Of a stretch of 64,000 nt of DNA, positions 1 through 9,520 are shown piece after piece (the first letter of the stretch is position 1; each line of letters begins with the position of its first letter). The DNA is taken from positions 64,001 to 128,000 of the forward strand of contig JAWBTQ010000001.1 of NCBI GenBank assembly GCA_038841535.1, in the 5' to 3' direction. The notes beneath the pieces were generated by a model. That model ran no database searches. It was not told the origin of the DNA and was given only the letters and a program-made list of their open reading frames with translations. The DNA comes from Sulfolobales archaeon. GTDB lineage: Archaea > Thermoproteota > Thermoprotei_A > Sulfolobales > NBVN01. The translations under genes were made by a program, and so were the position numbers.

Positions 1-129
1 ACAAACCATGGCAAACAGTCCCTCACTCGGCCTAACCTGGAGACTTATAGAACCTGAAGCTATCGGGTAAACTAGCTTTCAATAGCGAAAGTAGAGCTTC
101 CTAGCTGTTTCGCTACGCAAGGTTTGTTG

Positions 130-356
130 AGGTTACTGGCAACATCTTCCAGTCGGCGATGAGTTTAGTAATGTCGTCGACTTCGGGTGGTGATGCGGAC
201 CTAACCCGGAGCGACTCGGGGGATTGATGAGGTCCTGTGCCGTTAGACTCAGAGGGATACTCGTGACTCCTGCGTGGAGCGGCTTGTAGCTACGATGAGC
301 CACGGAATGGAAGCTCGATTTGCTCCGGGGGCCTACAAATCCTTAGGGCTTGAAGC
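130..356 (+). mobile_element. Decayed copy 1 of a structured non-coding repeat, probably the non-coding end (bridge-RNA-like region) of an archaeal IS110-family element
   Basis: Colinear similarity with 54851-55116 (AGGTTAC..GTCG.YGATGAGT.TAG..; CC.GAGC..CTC.G.GGAT; TCGTGACTC..GGCTTGTAGCYACGATGAGC; CCTA...CCTT.GGG). IS110 assignment is from recalled resemblance only. Confidence 0.55.
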
Positions 357-471
357 GAAGTAAGGAGATTAAGACAATGGTGTGAAACACGAGTTTAGAG
401 GCATCTTTTACTAAGAAGCGGGGTGTGATGGCTGAGTCCTAGAAATATTAGCTCCTAACACGTTCTTTGCT

Positions 472-527
472 TGGATGATGCGAACGACGGGCGGCCTGAT
501 GTTGATGAACCACTGTAGCGCTGACAA
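472..527 (+). ncRNA. C/D box guide sRNA (D' guide predicted for 16S C1402, E. coli numbering)
   Basis: ATGATGC(475)-guide-CTGA(496)-TTGATGA(502)-12 nt guide-CTGA(521). Guide CGACGGGCGG is complementary to the conserved 16S sequence CCGCCCGUCG. Confidence 0.85.
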
Positions 528-827
528 ACCCATCGCTTTCTATCGCCTGGACTCAAACACAGCTCAGACATTGACACCCGCTACCTGCTCTTTAGGGCTT
601 GCCCATGAGTCAACCTCTTAGCGTGTTCTCTGAGGTCTTAACTCAACACTCCTTAGTCATGCTTTCAGTAATTATTTATGGACTCTTGCGGAATTTGGGT
701 ATCTGTAATGTAACTCCAGATCCTTCAAATACTTATCGTGTTGCTCTCTAATGAGGAGTTTGCGGTATCTGGTTCAGGTAGTCATGTCTGGGTACTTATT
801 TTAGTTTACTTAAAACCAGTCTGGGTG

Positions 828-2675
828 ATGGACGTAGGGACTTACACTAAAGAACCGAGATTTATTCTCGCAACAGATGTAGGAAGTACTACTACTAAAG
901 CGAGGTTCTTCGGTAAGATAGACGGTGAGTGGAGGTTTTTAGCCAGTGGTGAGGCACCAACGACTGTCGAGAAGCCTGTAGAAGACGTTACTAAGGGTGT
1001 TAGAAACGCAGTAAGAGAAGTCGAAGAGCTGACGGGGCACAAGATACTCGACGACTCGTCCGAGGAGCTCAAGTTCGTCATGCCCCATAGGGGAGGTAAA
1101 GTAGGTATAGACGTCTACGTATCGACCAGTAGTGCCGGTGGAGGTCTCCAGATGCTTGTGGCCGGCGTTGTCAAGAGCATTACTGCTGAGAGCGCCCAGA
1201 GAGCTGCTCTAGGTGCTGGAGCCATAGTGATGGACGTTCTATCGGTAGACGATGGTAGGGAGGTGCACGAGAAAATAAATACACTGAGGTTTCTAAGGCC
1301 TGACATGATCCTTCTAGCTGGAGGAACTGATGGTGGTGATAAAACCCACGTACTAGAGATGAGTGAGGTAATAGCAGTAGCCAAGCCTCGGCCGAGGTTC
1401 GGGGCTACGTTTAGGCTCCCAGTGGTCTACGCTGGGAATAGGGACGCTAGAGAGGATGTGAAGAGGATACTGCCAGACGACTTCTTCGACGTTAGAATCG
1501 TGGACAACATAAGACCTCAGATAGAGGTGGAGAAAGTTGAGCCTGCGAGAAACGCTATCCTGGAGCTATTCATGGAGCACGTGATGGCCCACGCGCCAGG
1601 ATACGAGAAGTTAATGAAGCTTGTTTCTACAGACATCATGCCGACGCCGGCTGCTGAGGGCCTCATGATAAGAACCTTCGCCGAGATGAAGGAAGTCAAC
1701 GCTATCGGGGTAGGTATGGGCGGTGCTACGACGAACGTGTATTCGGTCTTCGACGGGAGATTTCTGAGAACCGTTAGCGCTAACCTCGGGATGAGCTACA
1801 GCATAGGGAACGTACTGAAGGAGGCAGGCTTAGAGAGCGTTAAGAGGTGGATACCGCTCGACTTAACGGACGACGAGATAATGGGTATAGTCTACAACAA
1901 AATGATTAGACCTACAACAATACCTATGTCTCTAGAGGACCTTGTAGTCGAGCACGCTGTAGCCCGTGAAAGCATAAGGATGGCCTTCAACCATCACAAG
2001 TACTTGGCTAGAGAGCTCAAGGGAGTTAAGAAGGAGAGAACTATATCTGATATATTCGAGGAAGTTAAAGCCGAGGAGACGTATATAGACATGAGGAGGG
2101 TAGACTACATCATAGGGACGGGGGGCCTCCTCTCTCGAGCTCCCAGGAGGGCTCAATCCATGATCATACTAGCAGACGCCTTTCAGCCGATAGGCTTTAC
2201 GTACATAATGCAGGACAGCGTATTCATGATACCCCACCTAGGGGTGCTCTCAAGGATATATAGAGAGATAGCCCTCGAGATATTCGAGAAAGAATGCCTT
2301 GTACCGCTTGGCACTCTAGTTGCAGCTGCAGGTATTGGGACTCCTGGGGAAAAAGTTGCCGATATCACTGTAGAGTACTCTGAGCAAGAGAAAGACCAGA
2401 TAGAGCTAGCGTTTGGAAGTATAGTGAGGATGCCTATACCCCAGTACAAAGAGGTAGTTATAGCCGTAGAGCCGACTAAGAGGTTCGACTTCGGGCAAGG
2501 ATTTGGCAAGAGAGTTAGGAAGAAAGTACGCGGTGGAGTTGTGGGAGTGGTATTTGATGGAAGGGGTAGACCGCTTTATATACCGCAAGACTCAAGAGAA
2601 AGGAGAAAGCTGCTTGTCTCGTGGTTTAAAGCCCTTGAGCTATACCCGGAAGATTTCGTTGTGAAACTAGGCTAG
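828..2675 (+). CDS. GlmL/MutL-like (glutamate mutase L family) ASKHA actin-fold ATPase
   Basis: Phosphate-1 motif DVGSTTTK, plus SSAGGGL, LLAGGTDGG, GMGGATT and FDGRGRPL. Start moved from 738 to the ATG at 828, just before the first motif. Confidence 0.85.
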   Translation: MDVGTYTKEPRFILATDVGSTTTKARFFGKIDGEWRFLASGEAPTTVEKPVEDVTKGVRNAVREVEELTGHKILDDSSEELKFVMPHRGGKVGIDVYVSTSSAGGGLQMLVAGVVKSITAESAQRAALGAGAIVMDVLSVDDGREVHEKINTLRFLRPDMILLAGGTDGGDKTHVLEMSEVIAVAKPRPRFGATFRLPVVYAGNRDAREDVKRILPDDFFDVRIVDNIRPQIEVEKVEPARNAILELFMEHVMAHAPGYEKLMKLVSTDIMPTPAAEGLMIRTFAEMKEVNAIGVGMGGATTNVYSVFDGRFLRTVSANLGMSYSIGNVLKEAGLESVKRWIPLDLTDDEIMGIVYNKMIRPTTIPMSLEDLVVEHAVARESIRMAFNHHKYLARELKGVKKERTISDIFEEVKAEETYIDMRRVDYIIGTGGLLSRAPRRAQSMIILADAFQPIGFTYIMQDSVFMIPHLGVLSRIYREIALEIFEKECLVPLGTLVAAAGIGTPGEKVADITVEYSEQEKDQIELAFGSIVRMPIPQYKEVVIAVEPTKRFDFGQGFGKRVRKKVRGGVVGVVFDGRGRPLYIPQDSRERRKLLVSWFKALELYPEDFVVKLG

Positions 2676-2684
2676 GTGGTTTAA

Positions 2685-3818
2685 GTGAGTGAGGAAAGCT
2701 TTGCGTATACCCCCGGTCTGGCGGTTACACCCCTCACCTACATAACTCGGGAGAGAAGTCTGCCGATTAGGGGAGAAACTCTGGTAGGTCAGGGAAGTAA
2801 AGTAAACTTCGATACGATCGTCAGTAGGTGCTATCTAGAGGGGCCCCCGTACATAGTCAAGGTAGCAGAGCTTCTAGGAGTAGAACCTGAGGAAGTAGTC
2901 AAGTACCTAAGAGTTAGGGTGGGAGATAGCGTTTCTAAGGGTACTAATCTAGCCAGCTACACCGCCTTCCTGGGTCTTTTGAAGAAAGCTGTTGAGTCAC
3001 CGATCGAAGGTGTTGTTGAGAGCTTTAGTGAGATTACTGGACACCTCACTATAAGGGCTCCTCCACGCGTAATAGAGTTGCGAGCATACATCCGTGGAAC
3101 AGTTCTGAAAGTAGTCCCAGGGGAATCCGTCACAGTCGGAACACCAGCCGCATTTATTCAAGGGATCATAGGGTTCGGTGGCGAGAGATATGGAGTAATA
3201 GAGCTAGTATCGTCTAGCAACCAGGACGTATTGGGTCCAGACCAGATAGGCGAACACCACGCTGGTAAGATCATAGTGGGAGGGTCTCTCATAACTTATG
3301 AAGCCCTCGAGAAAGCCAGAAAAGTCGGAGTTGCTGGTATAGTAATTGGTGGAGCTAAAATCACGGACTTGGAGAGGGTCTTAGGCTATAGAATTGGAGT
3401 AGCTATTACTGGAAGGGAGAGCGTCGGGTTCACGATAGTTCTTACGGAGGGCTTTGGAAAGCTACCTATGTCTAAGAGAGCGTTTGATATATTTAAAGAA
3501 AATGAGGGAAGGGAGGCTGCGATCAACGGTGCTACTCAGGTTAGAGCCGGTGTAATAAGACCAGAGGTAATAATTCCCAGAGACGATGAGAGCTTTGCGG
3601 GAATTCTGGAGCCCTTGGGCGAGGGTAAGATGAGAGTTGGAAGCACTGTTAGAATCATAAGGTACCCGCACTTTGGTGAAATAGGGACTGTAGTCGAGCT
3701 CCCCGTGGAGCTACATAAGATCGAGACCGAATCCCCAGTGAGGGTAGTTAGAGTACGCCTCCAAGACGGAAGAGAAGTGCTGATCCCTAGAGCTAATGTA
3801 GAGATAATCAGTGAGTAA
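2685..3818 (+). CDS. Uncharacterised GlmL-associated protein with lipoyl/biotinyl-like barrel-sandwich segments and a C-terminal KOW-like domain
   Basis: Starts 9 nt after the ATPase stop with a GGTGG RBS. Motifs VRVGDSVSKG..VESPIEGVV and C-terminal VGSTVRIIRYPHFGEIGTV..RANVEII. Confidence 0.8.
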   Translation: MSEESFAYTPGLAVTPLTYITRERSLPIRGETLVGQGSKVNFDTIVSRCYLEGPPYIVKVAELLGVEPEEVVKYLRVRVGDSVSKGTNLASYTAFLGLLKKAVESPIEGVVESFSEITGHLTIRAPPRVIELRAYIRGTVLKVVPGESVTVGTPAAFIQGIIGFGGERYGVIELVSSSNQDVLGPDQIGEHHAGKIIVGGSLITYEALEKARKVGVAGIVIGGAKITDLERVLGYRIGVAITGRESVGFTIVLTEGFGKLPMSKRAFDIFKENEGREAAINGATQVRAGVIRPEVIIPRDDESFAGILEPLGEGKMRVGSTVRIIRYPHFGEIGTVVELPVELHKIETESPVRVVRVRLQDGREVLIPRANVEIISE

Positions 3819-4164
3819 GCAACTTCCTCAGTTCCTCAGCAGCCTTCTTTATGGACTTCCTGTCTTTGGCGCTGACTTCGATCGTGCCCCCATCGACCAT
3901 TTCTACGATAAGTACTTCCTCCTTAGTGGCTAGTGTGACACCCAGCATTACCAGTGTGAGTACTGTATGTAGGAAGTCTTGCGTGTATATAGAGACTGCG
4001 GCCATAGCTATAACGAGAACGACGAGAATCCTACTGTACTTTCTCATAGTACCTACTCTACGTACAGAAGGCATAGGTACTCTGTCCATCCCCGTTGAGC
4101 CGATTAGGACTAAGTCCCCACCTTCAATATCTACTCGCAGTACCCTAACTCTCCTCACAGACAT
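3808..4164 (-). CDS. Small membrane protein (2 TM segments)
   Basis: 118-aa ORF with a hydrophobic hairpin, immediately downstream of the amidohydrolase on the same strand. Confidence 0.6.
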   Translation of the reverse strand: MSVRRVRVLRVDIEGGDLVLIGSTGMDRVPMPSVRRVGTMRKYSRILVVLVIAMAAVSIYTQDFLHTVLTLVMLGVTLATKEEVLIVEMVDGGTIEVSAKDRKSIKKAAEELRKLLTH

Positions 4165-4169
4165 TTAAA

Positions 4170-5414
4170 TCATCTTTTGAGGATTACGGACCCCTCTTTC
4201 ATAACGAAGACTACCTTCCTGAGAGCCTCTATTTCTGCTTCGGGATCTCCCAGTACACCCACTAAGTCTGCTACCATGCCCTTCTCGACTACGCCTATAT
4301 TGCTTAAGCCTAAGCACTCAGCAGCGTTTCTAGTTGATGCTATAAGCGCATCAACAGGCTTCATGCCGTACTTGACCATAGCTATAGGCTCATCTGCGTT
4401 ACTACCGAAAGCCCTAAGCGGAGGGCCGTAGTAGTCTGTTCCAGTAGCGATCTTTACTCCAGCTTTATACGCTGCCCTAAAGCTCTGGGGCATGTACTCC
4501 ACGCACTCTCCCTGCTTCTTCAGCCTCCATTCAGGGATCCCTGGAGGAGGGTTCTCCAGAGTCTTCTTATAGACCTCGACAAGGCACAGTGTTGGCACGT
4601 AGTAAACTCCTTTCTCTATCATGAGCTCTACGGACTCCTCATCTAGGAAGTAGCCGTGCTCTACTGAGTCAACACCTCCCAAGACAGCTATCTTAACGCC
4701 TTCAGCTCCCTGCGCGTGTGAAGCAACCTTCTTACCCACTCTGCGCGCTTCTTCAACAACAGCTCTAACTTCTTCAACGCTCATCTGCGGGTGCTTAGGA
4801 TCATCTTTTTCAGACCCTACTCCACCCGACGTCATGACCTTAATGAAGTCAGCTCCATCCCTTAGCACAATCCTAGCAGCCTTCTTACACTCCCAAGGGT
4901 TATCGCACAATAGGGCTGAAGCCCTCTTAATAACGTCTTCAAGTGGCATGTAGTGCGTGTCGCAGTGACCTCCGGTCTGACATATAGGTCTCCCAGAAGC
5001 CACGATTCGGGGACCTAGAACAGACCCTTCAGCAGTAGCTCTCTTTAGAGATAGAGCTATAGTCCCACCGCAGTCTCTTAGAGTAGTGAAACCGGATAGT
5101 AGAGCCTTCTGAGCATCCTGTGCTGCCCTAAGTACTCTCAGGTCTTGAGGAACTACCGCAACTTCCGCTGGATTATAGGTTCTCAAGCCTGTGAAGTGTA
5201 CATGAGCATCTATCAGCCCGGGCAGTAGGGTAACACCCCTCAGCTCTATCGCAGTAGACTGCTTCCCGATGTCAATCGAACCCGTGGTTGCCACATCAAC
5301 TATATACTTTCCCTCTACGACAACTGCTGGTTTACTCAGAAAGTTTCCCTTACCATCGAATAACCTATCCGGCAATAAGACGTACCTCTCACGATTATTC
5401 AAGTCTAACACCAC
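4170..5414 (-). CDS. Metal-dependent amidohydrolase (Xaa-Pro dipeptidase-like subgroup)
   Basis: PGLIDAHVH, GFTTLRDCGG, IKVMTSGG, SHAQG, SVEHG, GTD. Confidence 0.9.
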   Translation of the reverse strand: MVLDLNNRERYVLLPDRLFDGKGNFLSKPAVVVEGKYIVDVATTGSIDIGKQSTAIELRGVTLLPGLIDAHVHFTGLRTYNPAEVAVVPQDLRVLRAAQDAQKALLSGFTTLRDCGGTIALSLKRATAEGSVLGPRIVASGRPICQTGGHCDTHYMPLEDVIKRASALLCDNPWECKKAARIVLRDGADFIKVMTSGGVGSEKDDPKHPQMSVEEVRAVVEEARRVGKKVASHAQGAEGVKIAVLGGVDSVEHGYFLDEESVELMIEKGVYYVPTLCLVEVYKKTLENPPPGIPEWRLKKQGECVEYMPQSFRAAYKAGVKIATGTDYYGPPLRAFGSNADEPIAMVKYGMKPVDALIASTRNAAECLGLSNIGVVEKGMVADLVGVLGDPEAEIEALRKVVFVMKEGSVILKR

Positions 5415-5481
5415 TACTAGTACCTCTCCTTAGCTATATATGGTCGACCACTGTGCTAAAAGTTAAGTAAATATATTGAGG

Positions 5482-6567
5482 CTACTTCTCTTTACAAGTA
5501 ATTCTATCCGACGAAGCTTTCCTCAGTCTATTCATTACTGCTAAACCGATCCCTCTTTCATCTACACTCTCCGAGAAGGCTATAGAGACCTTCCCGCACT
5601 TATCCAGACTTCGCAGGATACTAAACAAGTTCTTAGCTACTTCAAATAGGTTTTCCCTCGAACCAAGTGTGAAGTAAGTTAAGGCATCCCCGAACCTACT
5701 CCTGACTTCCCTGACAGTCTCTCTAGATGCGATGAGTGCTGGGGACTCATTGAGAGAGTGCTTAAGCTGCTCTACTAGGAACTCTAAGTAGGAGGTGGTG
5801 TCGCATGAACCTCTCTCTACTAGCACTAGCTTCTTGTTGGGAGCGTAGTGTCTGTACTTCATTCCCGGAGAAGGAGGTTTTTCCTCGTAACTCGATAGCC
5901 CTCGGGCGTAGGCTGGCAGACTAAACCTAACCTCGAAGATCTTCTCTAGCTCTTCCGGACCTAGAGGTCCGGGTCTCAGGATCTGGGGTTTAGGCGATAC
6001 TAGATCTACTACTGTTGACTCGACGCCGAAGAAAGTTTCACCAGCGTCTAAGATCATGTCTACCTCGTTACCTAGGTCTTCATCGACGTGCTCAGCTCTA
6101 GTAGGTGAGGGTCTTCCAGCAATGTTGGCCGATGGTGCTGCTAGGGGCTTACCCACAGCCTCGATAAGCTTTAGTGCTACAGGATGTGCTGGGGACCTAA
6201 CCGCGACGGTGTCTAGACCCCCACTAACAACTGCTGGTAGAGTTTGCTTCCTCTTGACTACGACGGTCAGAGGACCCGGCCAAGCGATCGAGAGAGCCCT
6301 TACAACTCTATCGGGTACTTCTACTGCTACTTGATGAAGCATGTCGAGAGAGCTTACGTGGACTATTAGAGGGTTGTCTAGAGGCCTCCTCTTAACTTTA
6401 AAAACCTTAAGTACCGCCTCGGAGTTGAAGGCGTCAGCCCCGATGCCGTACACGGTTTCGGTTGGAAACGCTACTAGACCTCCACTCTTTAGCACTTCAG
6501 CTGCCTCTCTTATCACCTCCTCGCTTGGTCTTAGAGGTTCTACTCTAACTATCTTAGCTCTTGGCAT
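5482..6567 (-). CDS. sua5: Threonylcarbamoyl-AMP synthase Sua5
   Basis: VAFPTETVYG, KRRPLDNPLIVH, APSANIAGRPSPT, PGMKYRHYAP. Confidence 0.95.
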   Translation of the reverse strand: MPRAKIVRVEPLRPSEEVIREAAEVLKSGGLVAFPTETVYGIGADAFNSEAVLKVFKVKRRPLDNPLIVHVSSLDMLHQVAVEVPDRVVRALSIAWPGPLTVVVKRKQTLPAVVSGGLDTVAVRSPAHPVALKLIEAVGKPLAAPSANIAGRPSPTRAEHVDEDLGNEVDMILDAGETFFGVESTVVDLVSPKPQILRPGPLGPEELEKIFEVRFSLPAYARGLSSYEEKPPSPGMKYRHYAPNKKLVLVERGSCDTTSYLEFLVEQLKHSLNESPALIASRETVREVRSRFGDALTYFTLGSRENLFEVAKNLFSILRSLDKCGKVSIAFSESVDERGIGLAVMNRLRKASSDRITCKEK

Positions 6568-6644
6568 ACCATACAGACTCAGTCATTGGAGGTTTTAAGC
6601 GAGTTCGATAAGAAAAGCTTGGACGAAATGGAAAACCATTGAAT

Positions 6645-6698
6645 TAAATGAAGAGAGGCATCCTATCTGACTCGTGATGAGCCGGACTCCACTGAGGA
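6645..6698 (+). ncRNA. C/D box guide sRNA
   Basis: ATGAAGA(6648)-12 nt-CTGA(6667)-CTC-GTGATGA(6674)-11 nt-CTGA(6692), canonical archaeal spacing. Confidence 0.8.
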
Positions 6699-6786
6699 CT
6701 TAGAGGGACTTTCTCCCGAGGTCTACGTTGATGTTAGCTGATTTATCTCTATATCGGTTATTTAACTCACTTTCCTAAGCCGTTAC

Positions 6787-7771
6787 GTGGTAGTTAGTAT
6801 GAGAGTGAAGATCAAACCTCCTAAGATCAAGCATGGAGCTAGGATACTCCTTGTAGCACCATCAAGCTACCCAGAGTATCCAGATATGAACCTCAGCATG
6901 GGTATTGAGACGCTGAGGAAATACGGGTTTAGCCTAGTCTTAGGAGATAGCGTTAAGTACGCTATGAGGCGGTGGTACCTCGCCGCACCTGAGGAAGTTA
7001 AGGTGATGGACCTCGCTGAGGGTTTTAGGATGGAGGATGTAGATGCTGTATGGTGTGTTAGAGGAGGTGCTGGAAGCGTAAGGCTTCTAGACTCGATAGA
7101 CTACGATCTTATCGCTAGTAGTCCTAAGCCACTTATCGGGTTTAGCGATATAACGGTCCTACAGAACGCACTATACTCAAAGACAGGGCTCGCGAGCATA
7201 CACGGTGAGATGGTCGCAACAATACCTAAACTTGGTGACGAGATAGGTGCTGTAAGGCACGAGAGGAACCTGGAGATGGTCTTGAGAATACTTCAGGAGG
7301 AGGTACTCGAGTTAAGGCCTCCCGAAGATGGACCTTTCCCCAAGACCATAAACTCTGGAAAGGCCTCTGGAGAAGTTGTTGGAGGCAACTTAATTCACAC
7401 TAATTCAGGGAACACCATACGGAGTCAATATCGAGGGGAGAATAGTTTTCCTAGAGGATATTAGAGAGGATGCGTGGAGGATGGACAACTATCTCACGTC
7501 ACTAGCTTTGGGAGACCACCTCCAGAGAGCTTCTGGAGTAGTGTTTGGCGAGTTTCCCGAGCCCGAAGTGAAGACACCCTCACCTAGCATTGAAGAAGTT
7601 ATCACCGATAGAGCTAAAAGATACATCAAGACCCCGTCCTTCCTCAACTTCCCCTGCTGCCACGGTGGGGATGAGCATGGACATTACGTCTACCCACTTG
7701 CTATCGGTTCTACAGTCACCATCGATGCTGACGAGGGCTTGGTGTACATGGATGAACCCGCTGTTGAGTAG
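6787..7771 (+). pseudogene. S66 LD-carboxypeptidase/MccF-family peptidase split by a frameshift near 7393
   Basis: RGGAG, GFSDIT and GGNL in the first ORF. The shifted frame continues FTLIQGTPY..VFLEDI..MDNYL..CCHG into ORF 7481-7771. Confidence 0.8.
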
Positions 7772-7855
7772 GAAACTGGGTTAGTAGTCTCTATGAGTCA
7801 GTAAAGCAAGTTAAGTGGTAGATAGGCTCTCATGGTCTAATAGTTTTTGATGTCA

Positions 7856-9400
7856 CTACCTTACTCTAGAGCTAAAAGCAACTCTAGGTGTCTTACACTT
7901 TGTGTAGTAAGCTACTTCGCTGTTATGTGTGCTCGAATTGGTCACAGGCTGGAAAGAGCTCTTTACTTCAGTGCTCGCGGTCTCTACTTCTATTTTTAGC
8001 TTTATTTTGACTTCGCCACGTAGGTACTTAACTAAGTTCCTGAGTGCCTCTAGCCAGGCTCTCGATAAGTTCCGTATGTTGCCGACGTCAGAGAGGTAAT
8101 ACGCTAGTGTGCCGAGTGTTGCGTAGAGCAGTGGAGTTATTTGAATCATGTAGAAGCTGTACTGACTCTTATTACCGATGAGCCAGAGGAAGACGTACAT
8201 CAACCAAGTTATCCACGTGTAAGCCCAAAGTTTGCCTTCACCTGGTAACTTCCTCACGTGTGGTATGATGTAGATACTAAGTAAGGCTGTAGCTACATAG
8301 AGTACTGGGTTCCCTGAAGCCACTAAGTCTGCTACGAAACCTACCCCCATCTCATACTTGTAGTGAAGTATGAACGAGTTTGATCCCAGCAACCAATCCC
8401 AGGGTGAAGCAGAGGGAGGTCCCTTGCCGGGCTCTATCTTAGTAGCCGTATGCCACCTGACAGCACCTTCAACTGCTTCAGACCACCACCGAAAGAAGCT
8501 CCCCTTGAAAGTAATTAGCGGAACCGACAACACTATGAATACCGCTAGTGGAAAATATACTAGTAGTAGAATCGCTAGAGCTGGTGACGTCTTCTTAGAG
8601 TAATTGGAGTAGAGAGCTGGAACAGCAAAGGCCCCACTGAACTTAGTTGTAAAAGCTAGTGAGAGAAAAGTCGAGGACTTGAAGACCTTACCATATATCG
8701 AGAAGAAGAATGCTAAGAACGTAAAGAGGGCTAGAGGTGCGTCAAGCATGGCGACAAGCGTCATAGACCTAAAGGTCCTATCTAGTGTCGTCACGACAGG
8801 CACTACTAGCGACAGGACACCTCCCCAAAACCCTCTGAGAATGGTTCTAAGGAGAACGTATTGAGCCAGCAGTAACCCAGCTCCCGAGGCGATTGATGGC
8901 AGCCTCCAGCACAGTGGTCTATCTCCACACGCTACCATAGCTAAAGCTACGAAGTACTTACCTAGTGGTGGGTGCTCTAGGTTCATGTAGTTCAGTATGT
9001 TTCCGGCATTAGGGTAGCAATACCCGACACCATAGCCCTTAACGTACTGATGAGAGACTATAGATAGAAGAGCTTCTTCGGGTACGTCGACGCAGATAGC
9101 GTAGAGAGGGTTATCACCACTACCGTAGTACTCTGAAGACTTGATGATCCTCCCCCCTAGTCTCTCAACTTCCTCACCCATTTTCTGAGCCATGCTTACG
9201 TAATCACTCCTCCCAACTACTACTAGCTCTAGTGTCACTCTATGCCCCAGATTAGAGGCTCTAGGGTAGACACCGAAGACTTTGTTGAGATAGTTTCTAG
9301 CAGAACTAACGTACCATATCTCGTCCGATATGTAGTCCTCTATGGATAGAGCGTAACTTACCTGGTAATACCCGTAAGCGATTACGACAGCAACGAGCAC
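7856..9400 (-). CDS. GT-C protein O-mannosyltransferase-like membrane glycosyltransferase
   Basis: DEIWY, NLEHPPLGKY, WRLPS, multiple TM segments. The true start may lie slightly upstream. Confidence 0.85.
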   Translation of the reverse strand: MLVAVVIAYGYYQVSYALSIEDYISDEIWYVSSARNYLNKVFGVYPRASNLGHRVTLELVVVGRSDYVSMAQKMGEEVERLGGRIIKSSEYYGSGDNPLYAICVDVPEEALLSIVSHQYVKGYGVGYCYPNAGNILNYMNLEHPPLGKYFVALAMVACGDRPLCWRLPSIASGAGLLLAQYVLLRTILRGFWGGVLSLVVPVVTTLDRTFRSMTLVAMLDAPLALFTFLAFFFSIYGKVFKSSTFLSLAFTTKFSGAFAVPALYSNYSKKTSPALAILLLVYFPLAVFIVLSVPLITFKGSFFRWWSEAVEGAVRWHTATKIEPGKGPPSASPWDWLLGSNSFILHYKYEMGVGFVADLVASGNPVLYVATALLSIYIIPHVRKLPGEGKLWAYTWITWLMYVFLWLIGNKSQYSFYMIQITPLLYATLGTLAYYLSDVGNIRNLSRAWLEALRNLVKYLRGEVKIKLKIEVETASTEVKSSFQPVTNSSTHNSEVAYYTKCKTPRVAFSSRVR

Positions 9401-9520
9401 TAAGACCTCTACTACAGTATACCTTAACAGGGCCTACCACCCTAGGTTTTTATCCACCCACTAATACCATCACTGGAGTTTATTAGTTACTAGAGAAGCC
9501 TAAGTCGTGCTTACAACTGA

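Noticed and set aside
738-827. N-terminal hydrophobic extension of the GlmL-like ATPase
   Set aside because: Probably over-extended into the promoter; homology starts after the ATG at 828.
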